Positions 25,979 to 39,893 of a stretch of 64,000 bases of DNA are shown piece by piece; within the stretch, counting starts at the first letter, position 1; each line of letters opens with the position of its first letter. A program made the translations under genes and the position numbers. This DNA is from Octopus vulgaris (lineage: Eukaryota). The notes beneath the pieces are model-generated. The model saw only the letters and a program-made list of their open reading frames with translations, was not told the origin of the DNA and did not search any database. The DNA is taken from assembly GCA_951406725.2 (NCBI GenBank), contig OX597817.1:18042001-18106000 (forward strand). Reading direction: 5' to 3'.

Positions 25979-27359
25979 GGGAACTTAAATCCCATTGAGA
26001 AAAATATTACCATTAAATACAACTTATGCTTTGCTAGCGTCGCAAGCCAAAGGGGAAATACTGGACGTTGATCAACTTTAGACAAAGGAATAAGCTTGGA
26101 AGAGGTACGGCACAGTACAGAAAATAACCCACTTTCAGCTGTTATGTGTAAGAACACTATATGAAAGCGAACTCTTTATTGATACTCTTGCGACGTGGTA
26201 GTATTTCATCCGCCACTTTCTTTAAAAGCGCTGCTTTGTCCGTTGGTAATTTTAGTGGCTTCCTTGTGGCGAGCTGGCCGAATCGTTAGCACGTCGGGCA
26301 AAATACGTAGTGGCATTTCGCCCGTCTTTATGTTCTGAGTTCGACTTTTCCTTTCATCCTCTCTTGGTAGATAAAATAAGTACCAGTTGAGCACTGGCGT
26401 CGACGTAATCGACTTATTCCCATTCCCGTAATTGCTGGCCTTGTGCTAAAATTAGAAATTAATTTTAGTGGCATCTGCTCTGTTGCAAGCGTTCAGGTCA
26501 GGTCTTCAGTTTAAGGGCAAGCTCCTCACCAGTCATAGCGGTTCTGAAAAGGGTCATGGGTGCTGCCTTTCTTACTCAAACGAAGTCATTAAAATGAGTC
26601 AAACAATTTACCACACCACTCACACGTTTATTTATGTATTTATTTTCTCTCATAAAACATTTTCGAATATGAATTTTAAACGATTGGCTAATTGTAGCTA
26701 AATATCTCCCATGATAAACTTATAACTAAAATTATCACGGGACATAAAAGAAACAGTCCATTTTTTAATGGCTTAGTCAAAGTAGAAAGGACAGCGTTCA
26801 TAACTCTTTTCAGGGCCTTGACTTGTGGAAGGATGGACGGGACGGAGGAAGCTTTTTTCAGACTAAAGGCCTGGTTTGAATGTTTTCAGCAGAGTGAGCT
26901 TCATTAGGGACATAGATGGTGGCGCTAAGCTGTGTGCAGATTAAGGATAAGAGCGGTCGATCTAACAGTCTTCAACTACGCTCACAAGGCTATGGTCAAT
27001 CCAAAGCAATTGTAGAGGATACTCGCCAAAGAGACCATACAGTGGGTTCGACGTGAACTTCGAAACAACACAGCTATGCCTTCGTTTTCTTAGATTAACG
27101 TATAAAGTCAGTGACTAAAATACTTCATCAGCTTATCTCTTAATTAGGATAATTCTGTTGCAACATAGAAGCACACTCTTTATTAGTTGACATTTTATTG
27201 TAAAATTGCACATTTATTTATTTTACTGTTCAACATTCTGGAGCAATTTTATCTTCCATGTTCTTCTCATTCCTGTCGCAAAGCACAAAGAATTAAAAGA
27301 AAGTATTTCTCGAGTTGACGGAATATATATATAAATTAATCTTGTGAATAATTTCATTA

Positions 27360-27496
<137 letters not shown>

Positions 27497-27592
27497 GTAT
27501 ATATATATATATGTATATATATATTATATATATATATGTATATATATATGTATATAGATATGTATATATATGTGTATATATATATGTATATA

Positions 27593-27643
<51 letters not shown>

Positions 27644-27650
27644 GTATATA

Positions 27651-27699
<49 letters not shown>

Positions 27700-27994
27700 A
27701 TATAAATGTATATATATATGTATATATATATGTATATATATATGTATATATATATGTATGTATATATGTATGTATATATATATGTATATATATGTATATA
27801 TATATGTATATATATATGTATATATGTATGTATGTATATATATATATGTATGTATATATATATATGTATATATATGTATATATATATATATATATATGTA
27901 TGTATATAATAAATATTAGGGAATAAATCCAAATTTACAGGGAAAAAATCAGATTTAGGATTAAATCCAATTTTATAGTAAACTATTATATAAT

Positions 27995-28130
27995 ATTATT
28001 AGAGACAAAACCACTATTTTGCAAAACAAACAAGGAAAGACTTAATCAATACATAAAATTTTAAAATTTTATGTATTGATTAAGTCTTTCCTTGTTTGTT
28101 TTGCAAAATAGTGGTTTTGTCTCTAATAAT
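27995..28130. repeat. 136-bp perfect palindrome between (TA)n arrays
   Basis: 68-bp arms with no spacer; centre at 28062/28063. Confidence 0.9.
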
Positions 28131-28142
28131 ATTATATATATG

Positions 28143-28249
<107 letters not shown>

Positions 28250-30429
28250 TATATACACATATATATATATATTAAATCGTTAGTATGTTCTATCTAAAAC
28301 GAAGAAACATTGTCTTTCAGCTACCATAAAATTTATAGACATATCTGATTATTCGGATTGAAATATATATATATATATGACAACATAGAATCAATTTGGT
28401 ATTTGAATAGCCTAAATAGCTTACTAGTTTTTAATAAAAAGGATAAAGTCTATTTACATGCCATTCATAGCTAGAAAGAAATATATCTATATTGCAAACT
28501 TATTAAAGCACGCTTGTCTTCAGAGGATTAAATAGCTTAAATATTACATAATTGCTTTTAAAAATAGACATTTAAAGATTCTTTTTCATTTGGCAAATTT
28601 CGTCCACCGGGGAACAGTCAATGTAATTATTTCGTAACCGAAATATACATGTAAGAAGGACGTGTTTTATATGCAACTTTCAAAAGATGCATTGGCTCAA
28701 CCACTTATCACTACATGTCATTTAAAGGATTTGCATTACAACCAACCTAATTTTGCTTTCTCTTGATGTCCCTTTTATCGTTTCTGTCACGAGGCAGGTT
28801 CATTTGGCTTAACATGACTTGAAAATATTAAATCCTTCCGATACTGCCAATGTACAAATCAAGTTTTCAGATTTTTCCGTCAGCGAACACCGATATGGAT
28901 ATTCACAATTGCAGTCATATGCACCAGTGCACACATTTGCAAGCTTAATATTACAACTGTGATATTCAAAAGCCAAGCTTCGTAACACAATCGAAATTTG
29001 AAGCTCAGCCTTGGAGACGTAATTCTAAACTGATATCATAAAATATATTTATGTGGTTTCGGTTTCCGGCAAATGTTTGAAGGTTTCAAGATTGAAGATT
29101 TCATATCTCACATACGATAGATCTATATGGAAAGTTATATTTCCTGCTTTGCTATAAAGTGTTTGGTGTACCTTCTTGTTGGTGATGGCGGTGATGCGTG
29201 TGTTTGTGTATAAGGAAGTGGGAGTGAGAATGAGAGAAAGAAGAAAGGCGAAAGATGAGGGAAGAAGACGAACGTGAGTAAAAGAATGTAAGAATATCGG
29301 AATAGCCCACCAAAAGCTGTCAACAAAATATTGGCTCACTTCCCTGGGCTTGCTTATCTGTAGCAACATCTCGGTAACATCCGATCTTATTTTAGCTTCC
29401 CATACTGTATTATTCATATGATATTCTGTATTAAAACCAATCCCTCTGCTCCAGAACAGTTTCACTATAGAATTATCCAATACAGCCTACAAATTTGCAA
29501 CAACTATTTCGATGGACGTCGTAGTCAGGTCTCCAAACCATTTAAACGTGCTGTTAAACGCATTTTCTTCGGATAGAAATAATTATACTTGACCTGCTAC
29601 GACTCCAATGATAAACAAATTTTGTCATGAAACTGCAGCAAAGGTAAGGACAATAGCTGTAGAGGCTTTAACATTGTCACTAACAACGCATTAACTCAAT
29701 AACCGAAATTATTGAAGTTGACGTTTTGGTTCATGCCTTGATTTGAGCTTGGCTCTGCAAGCTAATGAAACACTAATTCAATTCTAGAAACATCAGCGGG
29801 TGGTGAGGAGTGGAGAAGAACCTGTAGAGTATCAGATGGAATGCCACATTATTTCCTATCTTTATGCTCTGCGTTCAAATCCTGATGGAGTCGACATGGT
29901 CTTTTATTTTTCTTGGATTGCTAAAATAAATATCAAGCCCGGATTAAGCTAATCTTACTCATACTTTCTGTGACTTTCTTTTTGTAAACGTAAGATATCA
30001 ATTGTTCGGTGACTTAACTCTATACAAGTGTGATCTGCGCATTTCCAAAGCATCTATTTATAGTTCGCTGAAAATTAAGCTTACCAGAAATATTACCGGT
30101 GAGAAAATATAAATTGCCGACCTCTTGCTCTATAGGTGGCACAAAATCAACATGCCAGCTGCAGTTATCGGGTTTTGTATGTTCGAGTCTAACAACATTC
30201 ATTTAGCACTTTGAGTTTCCTCTTTTTCTAGACTTTTTCTTTTTCAATTCACTTAATTAAGAATATTATCATTCCCGTGCCTGCATTTTCACCTTTTGTA
30301 CACTCCTTTTACAGAAACGTGTTTTACAGACAAAAATAATTGTTATTGAGGCAAAGATAAAAAAAAAAAAAACACAAACGCCCCCAAATTTTCCTTTTAG
30401 AAGTTTAATCTATCGTCAAAAGGTTTAAA

Positions 30430-30752
30430 GACTCCGCCGGTTACGACGACGAGGGTCCCAGCTGATACGATCAACGGAACAGCTTGCTCGTGAAATTAAC
30501 GTGCAAATGGCTGAGCATTCAACAGACACGTGTACCCTTAACGTAGTTCTCGGGGATAATCAGCGTGACACAGAGAGTGACAAGGCTGACCCTTTGAAAT
30601 ACAAAGTACAACTCATTTTTGCCAGCTGAGTGGACTGGAGCAACGTGAAATAAAGTGTCTTGCTCAAGGACACAACGCGTCGCCGGGAATCGAACTCACA
30701 ACCTTACGATCATGAGCCGAATGCCCTAACCACTAAGCCACGCGCCCTCACT
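30430..30752 (-). mobile_element. tRNA-derived SINE (head H2, tail T1) with TSD
   Basis: A box TGGCTTAGTGG, B box GTTCGATTCC; the tail is shared with family C. TSD TCGTCAAAAGGT. Confidence 0.85.
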
Positions 30753-31342
30753 TCGTCAAAAGGTAAATTTTATATATTAACAAAAGGTAAATTATAAAAA
30801 ATGCCCTTGAAGAACCCGGATATTATTTTTCTTTCTTTTTCGAAATGAGTTATCAATTTGCAATGGCTTTACCAAGTATAATCTTTTTGATATTAAAAAT
30901 GCCTTATTTTCAATGATGGCTCCTTCAAAAGCTAACTTAATAAAACTATTGACAAATAAAAAACAGAAATCCATAATACTGACATTTAATAATCTACTTT
31001 TAAGCATTTACTTATTCGTTTCGCTTACTCAAATTAGCGAAGTTTATCCCTGTACATTCTAGGCTTTTATTTCATTTCCAATCCCGCACTTATTTCTTCT
31101 TAAATCGAACGATCGCACTGAAAAACGACGTGTTTTGCACCTAAAACCACAATTTTTCTCACTTGAAATTTGCACCTAAAGAGCTAACTTTATTACATCT
31201 AAAATTCGCTCTCCACGTATTTATATAATTTTTTAAAAATTGGAAAATCGCATAACTTTTAGCGCATGCAACACTACCTTCCAAAAACTTACACAAACCC
31301 ATACCTTCCCAAAAAACATACCTAGATGGAACTAAACCGAAA

Positions 31343-31534
31343 GGAGAGGAGCTTTCTCCGTCCGGGTTGCGGATCCGTGGAACAAGCTGCCAGACGAGAT
31401 GGTGAAGATGCCGACGACCGCTTTGTTCAAAGTCTCCCTTGACCTCAAGTGGCCTGAACTCTTTACGTGAACACCACCCTGTACTTAACTCCATGTCCCC
31501 CTACATGGCCTTGCTATTTGCTTTTGAGCCAAAT

Positions 31535-31584
<50 letters not shown>
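31343..31584 (+). mobile_element. CR1 3' fragment with (AACT)n tail and TSD
   Basis: Homologous to the other CR1 ends. TSD GAACTAAACYGAAA at 31329 and 31585. Confidence 0.85.
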
Positions 31585-32441
31585 GAACTAAACTGAAACC
31601 AGTTAAAATTTGAAACAAGTGCAACGCTTCCCCTCTTCTCTGTACGCTTAAAGTCTAATTACAAGGTTTCCAATCTTACAAAATTTATAAATGGTATTCC
31701 TCAAGTTGGATCGCTTTTTGTACCAGAAGTTTCTTATCTACAGTATCAAATTTTATGCGATTTTCACTAGATATTTAAAGAAAGCTTTCTATTTTTCCTA
31801 GAATGAGCAAGCTATGATTGTTTGAACAAATTTAGGCCCTTTTCTCATTCCAGTTTGACCACTTTTTGCCCCTTTGTTTTTCTTCTGCTCCAATTTTAAC
31901 TTGGTTTACAGAAATAAATTCTTTTCATTGAAATCTTTCAGATAAGCATACAATTATACCAAATGTTTATTTTGAATAACAGAAATGTGGTTTATAGAAG
32001 AATGTGGGTCTTACTCTTATTCATATTTGATCACTTTTTCCTCATGTTTTTTTTTTAATGCATCACTTTTGATGAGGTTTGCAGAATTAGATTTCTATCA
32101 TTCGAATTTTTATTGAAGAGTAATTTTTATTTAAGTGTAATTAAAACGAGAATACTAAAACATAAGGAAACTATACTGATTAGAATTTGCATATATGTAT
32201 GACTATTCCATTTTTGAACATATATTTTATAGTAACTTTTTTCCCCCCAACCAATTTTCATTCATGATACCTCAAAATGTAGCGGAACACTGGGATCGCA
32301 TTTAATTTGATCTAGAATTGGGTTAGCTAGAAGACGTAGAATTAGTCGCGGAAAAGTAAATGATAACCTTAAGAGTATTATTCACCCACTGTCGCGATAC
32401 ACATAAGAAGTCTTTATGATTCCGCAAAAGTGAGAACTATA

Positions 32442-32606
32442 GGCGTAGGAGTGGCTGTGTTGTAAGTAGCTTGCTTACCAACCAAATGGTTCCAGGTTCA
32501 GTCCCACTGCGTGGCACCTTGGGCAAGTGTCTTCTACTATAGCCCCGGGCCGACCAAAGCCTTGTGAGTGGATTTGGTAGACGGAAACTGAAAGAAGCCC
32601 GTCGTA

Positions 32607-32665
<59 letters not shown>

Positions 32666-32890
32666 ATGTATATGTTTGTGTGTCTGTGTTTGTCCCCCCT
32701 CCAACATCGCTTGACAACGATGCTGGTGTGTTTACGTCCCCGTAACTTAGCAGTTCGGCAAAAAGGGACCGATAGAATAAGTACTAGGCTTCCAAAGAAT
32801 AACTCCTGGGGTCGATTTGCTCGGCTAAAGGCGGTGCTCCAGCATAGCCACAGTCAAATGACTGAAACAAGTAAAGGAGTAAAGGAGTAA
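32442..32890 (+). mobile_element. SINE family A
   Basis: Full length with an internal (TA)n(TG)n tract. Confidence 0.9.
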
Positions 32891-34729
32891 ACTGACTGGT
32901 AGATTCTTTAGAGTACCAGATAAAATGCATTGCAATATTTGTTGCAACTTCTCGCGCCCTGAATTGAAATCATCCGAGGTCAACTTTGTTGTACATAATT
33001 TTAGGATTGATAAAATATAGTGCCAGTCAAATACTCGGAGCAATCTAATCGACTAACTTTTTCCTCCAAATTTTTGGCCGAGCTCCTATTATTTATTGAA
33101 TGGCAGAATTGGTAGTGTTATGTGTAGTTTCGGTCTGGTGGGATAGACAACTCTATACGAAGCATAGTTATTCTTTTACGTGTTATTTACTTTTCCATGT
33201 TACACGAACTGCGCTACTTTCAGCGCAGCGACACCTATATATCGTTAGACACAGCGTAGTAATACTGTTTACTTTAAAACACAGTTCGTACTGTTCACTA
33301 ACAAATAGTGCCAAAGTGGGGATGTATTCTACACACGTATACACATAGATATGAATGTGTAACAGGTAGTGTTCTCAATTAAAACTTCGTCTGCTTCCAC
33401 TTTGCATTTCATCATTACAGGAACAACAAACTAAGTACGAGTCAAGAACTAGGAGAAATTTAGTCGACTGTTTCCCACCTTCAAAATTAATGACCTTGTG
33501 CTAATCTAAGAAACCATTATTATTCTTCTTCGAATATCTTCTGTCATGTCTGTAAAAAAATAAAGAAACTGTGTCTATGCTGGAAATTTAGAAGCTGATG
33601 GAGAAAATTATGTTGTAATTTATCAGGAAGAATAGTTACCATTGTTTCAGAATTGCTTTTATTCTCTGAGGTCTATTTTCTTATAAAGAGAAAATTTGAT
33701 TTTCAGGCAACGAAATATGTTTTATTTTGAAGAGAGAAATTATTTCAACCATAATAATTTGGCTTCTATTTGAGTTTAAAAAAACAAGAAAACAAGATTA
33801 AGCCTAAGTTATGTGCTACTACCTCAGTAAAAATAATAATAATAAAAAAAAAAAAAAACGTAGACAAAATCAAGATTAAACCTAAGTTATGTCTTGCAAC
33901 TATTAATTCTATGTTGTAGCATGAGAGACAATATTGGTAATTTTTATGGAAAAAGAAATTCAGCTTTTTGTTTTGCTTTTGGAACTTGGCTACTGCCGCA
34001 AATATTGAATGCCAATTATTATTAATTCCACTTGCTGATTATTAATTTAAAAGAAATTGTTAAAAATTTGGCATAAAAATATTACACAATGATGATGTTT
34101 TTATTTTCCCTGTAAATACGGGGAAACAACTCAAGGTATCGTTTTCATTTTATTCTAACTTCATCGGTAATGTGTAGCCTCTAATGTGTTTGCGATGTAG
34201 TATAACTGATAGAACCACTAAGTAAAAGATACTAGTGTGTACATTCTATTGGCGTGGAAAAAAATAATTTTTGGTGGAAATTAAATAAACCGTAATACAA
34301 TTTACATGTAAACTAAGTTAGTATTGATACATTTAGTAAAAAAAATTGAGTATTAAAAGCTAACTACAAGCAAATATGCTACGAGAAAAAGATATTAGTC
34401 CTCTTAGTGAGCGATAGCATGATAGAAAGTTAGACACACATGATTACAAAGGGATCTCGGATTAAGTGAAAAGTATTACAGAAGAGTATACCCTTGGGAG
34501 ACGGATGAAAGATTAGGCAAAAAAATTTTAAGGATATTCGGAAGTGATTTTAAAGAAATTGCAAGGAGTGAGAGAAAATGGATTGTTGTATACATCTGAT
34601 AGGTTTGGGTAAGGGAATTTTCAGAGGAACAGAGAGCACTCTGTAGGAGAACAGATAAGAGAGATTGGATGGAACCGTTCAATTAAGACTTGTTGTTAAT
34701 GTACTAGCTGCAAGTCAAACAACGAATAG

Positions 34730-35160
34730 CTTTTTCGTAGTTGCTTGATCTGCGAAAAATAACAGCCAAATATCCCTCACATCTACAAATATCTCTCACA
34801 TTCTACAGTTTTAAATAAGGAAACGATACATTAGATTATATAGTCTTGCATACTCTTAAAAACAGGGGACGATCACAGCTGGAGTACCTTTGATCGTGAG
34901 ATTGATCGATTGTTTTCGGTAAAAAGGAAAAACCCCACAAGAAACGGTGGTTAATCGAGTCAATTAAAGAATCTACACAATTGCTTGGCTCGTTAGAAAT
35001 AACGGTTAAATCTTCCCCAGACGAAACCTTGTTCTCGAAAATATGGGGTCTTCATAACGGACAATATAGTTATATAAAAAAGATGGAATGGTCACGGCTG
35101 TAACTTCTTTGATTATAAGTCTGTTCGATTAATGCTATCTCAGAGATAAACAACAACAAC
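34730..35160 (+). repeat. Old interspersed repeat family with an (AAC)n-type tail, two copies
   Basis: The motif TAGAAATARCAGCCAAATCTCCCTC..GGTCACGGCTG recurs, diverged, at ~41855, ~45390-45800 (minus) and ~50670. Confidence 0.55.
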
Positions 35161-35838
35161 TTCAACAATAACAAGAACAAGAACAAAAAGCAGTTGTTAA
35201 AATGACTAAGAAAATCAAAAGTGCCAGAAGAAACGAAATAATTACCTAACCAAGACTTCAAACAAAACAATTTCTTAAGATCTTATCAATAGCAATGTTA
35301 ACAAGTAGAACAACAAACATCATTTGCAAAATAACAACAGTCACTATGTAAAAAAAAACAGTAATAATAACAACAGTAACAACAACAACAACAATAAAAA
35401 CAATTTATTAAATATTCAGTACTATAATTTTTTTTTTATTTTCTTATTTGGAATAAAGTCATTTTTTTTTTTCATTTTAAAATTTTGATGTTAAATAGTA
35501 AATGCCATCATTATTAACTTTGTAAATTTATCCTATTACTACTAATAGTAGTTTCATTTGGAACAACTTGTATATCAGATATGTTATTTGAGAATTCTGT
35601 CTGTATTATTAGATTTCGCAATACTATTACTCGTCTGAATTTGTAGTTGTGGTAATCGATAATAATTTTAGGTTTTGGGAGCTGGGCAGAATTATAAGAT
35701 CAGGTCTGATGACTACTGACTCGACCAATTCAGATTTATGAGATGGGCTGGCTGGAAATAATAATAAAAGAAATTGTTGATGTAAAAGAAAGTATTAACG
35801 CATTGGACTAAGAATTAGAGAAAAACTTGGAATAATAA

Positions 35839-36592
35839 ACCTTTCGACTATAGGCGCAAGGTCTGAAATTTGGGCAAGGAGGATAGTCGATTACATCGAT
35901 CCCAGTACTCAACTGGTACTTAATTTATCGACCCCGAAAGGATGAAAGGCAAAGTCGACCTCGGCGGAATTTGAACTCAGAACGTAGCGGCAGACGAAAT
36001 GCCTATTTCTTTACTACCACAAGGGGCTAAACACAGAGAGGACAAACAAGGGCATACAAACGGATTAAGTTGATTATATCGACCCCAGTACGTAACTGGT
36101 ACTTATTTAATCGACCCCGAAAGGATGAAAGCAAAGTCGACCTCGGTGGAATTTGAACTCAGAACGTAGCGGCAGACGAAATGCCTATTTCTTTACTACC
36201 CACAAGGGGCTAAACACAGAGGGGACAAACAGGGACAGACAGACAGATTAAGTCGATTATATCGACCCCAGTACGTAACTGGTACTTATTTAATCGACCC
36301 CGAAAGGATGAAAGCAAAGTCGACCTCGGCGGAATTTGAACTCAGAACGTAGCGGCAGACGAAATGCCTATTTCTTTACTACCCACAAGGGGCTAAACAC
36401 AGAGAGGACAAACAGGGACAGACAGACAGATTAAGTTGATTATATCGACCCCAGTGCGTAACTGGTACTTAAATTATCGACCCCGAAAGGATGAAAGGCA
36501 AAGTCGACCTCGACGGAATTTGAACTCAGAACGTAACGGCAGACGAAATACGGATACGCATTTCGCCCGGCCTGCTAACAATTCTGCCAACT
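35839..36592 (-). mobile_element. SINE B tetramer (one head, four bodies) inside one 16-bp TSD
   Basis: AAACTTGGAATAATAA at 35823 and 36602. Internal junctions read AAAGAAATAGG|CATTTCGTCTG. Confidence 0.85.
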
Positions 36593-36617
36593 CTTCAACT
36601 TAAACTTGGAATAATAA

Positions 36618-38728
36618 CACTGGTAAACAAAAAACTTTTTTTTGTCTGGTGCCTGGAATATTTCAACGAATTTTTAAGTGATTGTGCCTGCTAAATTCAA
36701 AAATAACTTCAGTTTTTCTCTATCAGGTCTTGTTTTCTGGCTAGACCTGATAGATTAAGTATTTTATTCATGCAAGAGGCATATAATATGAATCAATAAT
36801 GAGAGCGTAACACAAAACAAAACAAAGTACAAATAAAAATTCAAAATTGAAAACGCACATTGGCAAAGATTTTTGGCAGAAAATTCAAGGAATAAATTTA
36901 CGTTTCTTTGTGCACCGTGGATGCTGAGCAACAAGAGCATCTCGTTTTAAACACCAGCAATAATCTGCCATCATCACAGCGTCCCAACATCCTTGGTACC
37001 GAGTTTCTATCTCCTCGATGTCCTGATGGAATCGTTCGCCTTGTTCATCACTAACTACTCCGAGATTTTCAGGAAAACGATCATTTTGATGCTCTTATTC
37101 GCGCCAATATCACGAAAAGTGGATTTCGAGTTGGTAACAAGGTCTTTATAGTTTTCACTTTTGTGTTTCTCAAGGAAATTTTTGCACTACTTTTGCAAAA
37201 GATAGCCATGCTGATGCTTCATTTTCGCTCATCCTTTTCACTAAATTTGTGTCCTTAAAGAGCTTACGGATCTGTGGCCCATCAAAAACCCCTGCTTTAA
37301 GTTTTTCAATCCTCAAGTCAGGAAATACACTTCAAATATACTTGAAGCACTCCCCATTTTTGTCAAGAGCTTTGACGAATTGCTTGATCAATCCGAGTTT
37401 TATGTGCAAAGCGGGGGTAAATGATCTTACCTCGTCCAACTAAAGGTTCTTCCAATATATTGGCAGCTCTACATGGAGCCATATTTGTTCGAGGCGGCCA
37501 ATCTTTCTTAACATAGTGAAAGCATGGGTATTTGGTATAACCAGATTGCTGTCCCATGAGAAAATTCACCAATTTTAAGTCAACGCAGATGACCCATTTA
37601 TGATCATGATACAGTATCTTCTCTAAAACCAACTTAATTTCTTCATATTTTTCCTTCAGAGTTGTTGAGTGGCCGAATGGGATAGAGCCATACACATTTC
37701 CGTTGTGCAGCAATACATATTTTAAACTACGCGTAGAGTTGTCTATGAAAAGACGCCATTTATCTGGTTTGTACTCCTCAATGCCAAGTTTATTAAGAAG
37801 CCCATTGACATCTCTGCAGTAAACCAGCTCTTCCTCTTTTGTGAACAAAGAAAGGTACTCTTCATGCCGACTCCGATAAAAGGTTATACGGACACCGTTC
37901 TCTAGAAGGTTCGTCTCTTTCAGTCGGGAAATCAACAGTTCTGCAGGATGCTTTGGAGGTTCAAGTCACGAAATAGATCATTCAGCTCTACCTGGGAGAA
38001 AAGAAGATTCAGATGATGAATCTTTTTTGGCTGAGGGTAAAGTTATCTGAAGCAAGTCATTGAAGACAGGAACAGGAAGCTCTTCACTTTGTGGAACCAG
38101 TCTAATAGCAGAGGCAAGATTAGGATAGACAAACGTTTGTCGATTTTTCCGGTTAATACTCTTCAAATTTAGGTTACAAAAATAGCAGTCGCTCATGTGA
38201 TTATAGGGCTCCCATCATACCATTAATATGACAAACCTTATACTTTTCCTTGTCCCTTTAGTCCATTGTCGCAAATGTTCTGTACATTGTTTGTAGACAC
38301 TATGCGGTGCCCAGTATTTATCTTGGTCTCCCAGTTTGACCCCAAAATATGCCATATACACTCTTTCAAAAAAATCAGTGATGTTTTTTCGATTTTCAGG
38401 TAATGTGTATTCTCCACAAACATAACAAAACACATTTGGAGAATTAACGCAACACTTTCTTGAAGAGGACATCTTGTCCATTTTCTGTTGCTTAGTTTAC
38501 CACAACATCGAAAAAGTATGAAAAAAACCCCCCCAACTTAGAATTAGAATAAGGTAACGAACACTGCATACTGGACGTACACATATACATAGTGACTATA
38601 GGAATGTTCAATAACTTAAAATCTAGATCTAATTGGTAAAAAAGAAGGTTATATTTGGATTCAGGAGACCGATTTTGTATAGGAATGATGTCTATTTCCT
38701 GAACACCAAAAGCCTTGTTAGATCGGTG
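36618..38728 (-). mobile_element. Chapaev3-like (CMC superfamily) DNA transposon with a decayed transposase
   Basis: CAC...GTG termini with a TAA TSD. ORF pieces read FCYVCGEY...GDQDKYWAPH, DCYFC...YPNLASAIR and WRLFID...VLLHNGN...DLKLVNFLMGQQSGYTKYPCF. Confidence 0.8.
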
Positions 38729-39220
38729 TAATAGATGACCAATGGTGATGCATGTTATGTTTATTTCGTACTTAGGAGGAAGAGAAATGGCGATGACTCT
38801 TTTCAGGTGTACACGAGACTGATACAAAGGAGGGAGGTGGGAGAGAGGCAGGAAGGTATTCACAAGCCGGAAGAGCTGACCCACGTGATTGGAAAAAAAA
38901 AGGACCCTGTTAAAGGAACCCACATGATCGTGTTAAGCCGGTGATGGTTTAAGTTTTCTACCAGAAGGCGAAAAAGGTGGAACAAATACCGATACTGCAA
39001 CGTGTCTGTCTGTTCACGTCACTTCTCTAAACTGGTATTTTAGAAGAATGAAAGACAAAATTGATCTTAGCGAGATATGAACTCTTAAAACGTTGGCAAT
39101 TTACTAATCTATCTTATAATACTGACATCAATATTATAAAATAGAAATGAGCGGAGATAATCAGTGTTGTAAGATAAAGTGACAAAAGAGGAACAAAAGT
39201 GATCAAAGTTAATAAGGCTG

Positions 39221-39285
<65 letters not shown>

Positions 39286-39616
39286 TGTATATATAATATA
39301 TATACATATATATACAATTTTCAAGATCCAATAAAATCAAGGTATTTTAATAACAAAGGCACCAATTTAGAGTTTGGGTTAGATGCCTGTGCACTAACAG
39401 TGTGTTCGGACGCTCATATACTTACTAAAGTAAATACAGACTTGTCTTTCCAGTTACGCATACATTCACAAGTATTAACCAAATACACACCGTATTCGTA
39501 AAGTCACACAGGAGTATACTCCGGTACACAGTCCGCAGTCCACTGTAGGCTCAATATCCAACGCAGGAAGATTCCGAGTGTGGTGAAGTATAAATAATAG
39601 AAGTGATGGGCTGAGG

Positions 39617-39697
39617 TTCACTACAGCTGTTTCAAACGTTTTTCTTGACGAACAAAACAATTACATTATGCAAAAAGAAACCGTTTCTTCAGGCGAA
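39617..39697 (-). ncRNA. Type I hammerhead ribozyme, canonical core, palindromic stem III
   Basis: UUCGC-CUGAAGA-AACG.UUUCUU..AAGAAA..CGUU-U-GAAACAGCUGUA-GUGAA, inside a pLTR-like segment (39320-39740) next to (TA)n. Confidence 0.7.
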
Positions 39698-39841
39698 TTA
39701 AGAGCAACATTTAACACGTAGGATTTTTCATACAAATAATATATAATGCATATTGGCTCTCTCATCTCGGTGCCAGTTGAGATTGCCAATATCTACACCC
39801 TCTCACACAAACAAAATATATAATATATATAATATAATATA

Positions 39842-39881
<40 letters not shown>

Positions 39882-39893
39882 ATATATACATAG

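Noticed and set aside
28600-29720. Higher-complexity segment including the 143-aa ORF at 29049-29480
   Set aside because: No recognisable motif in the frames examined, with many stops. It could be a decayed TE or gene but cannot be supported.
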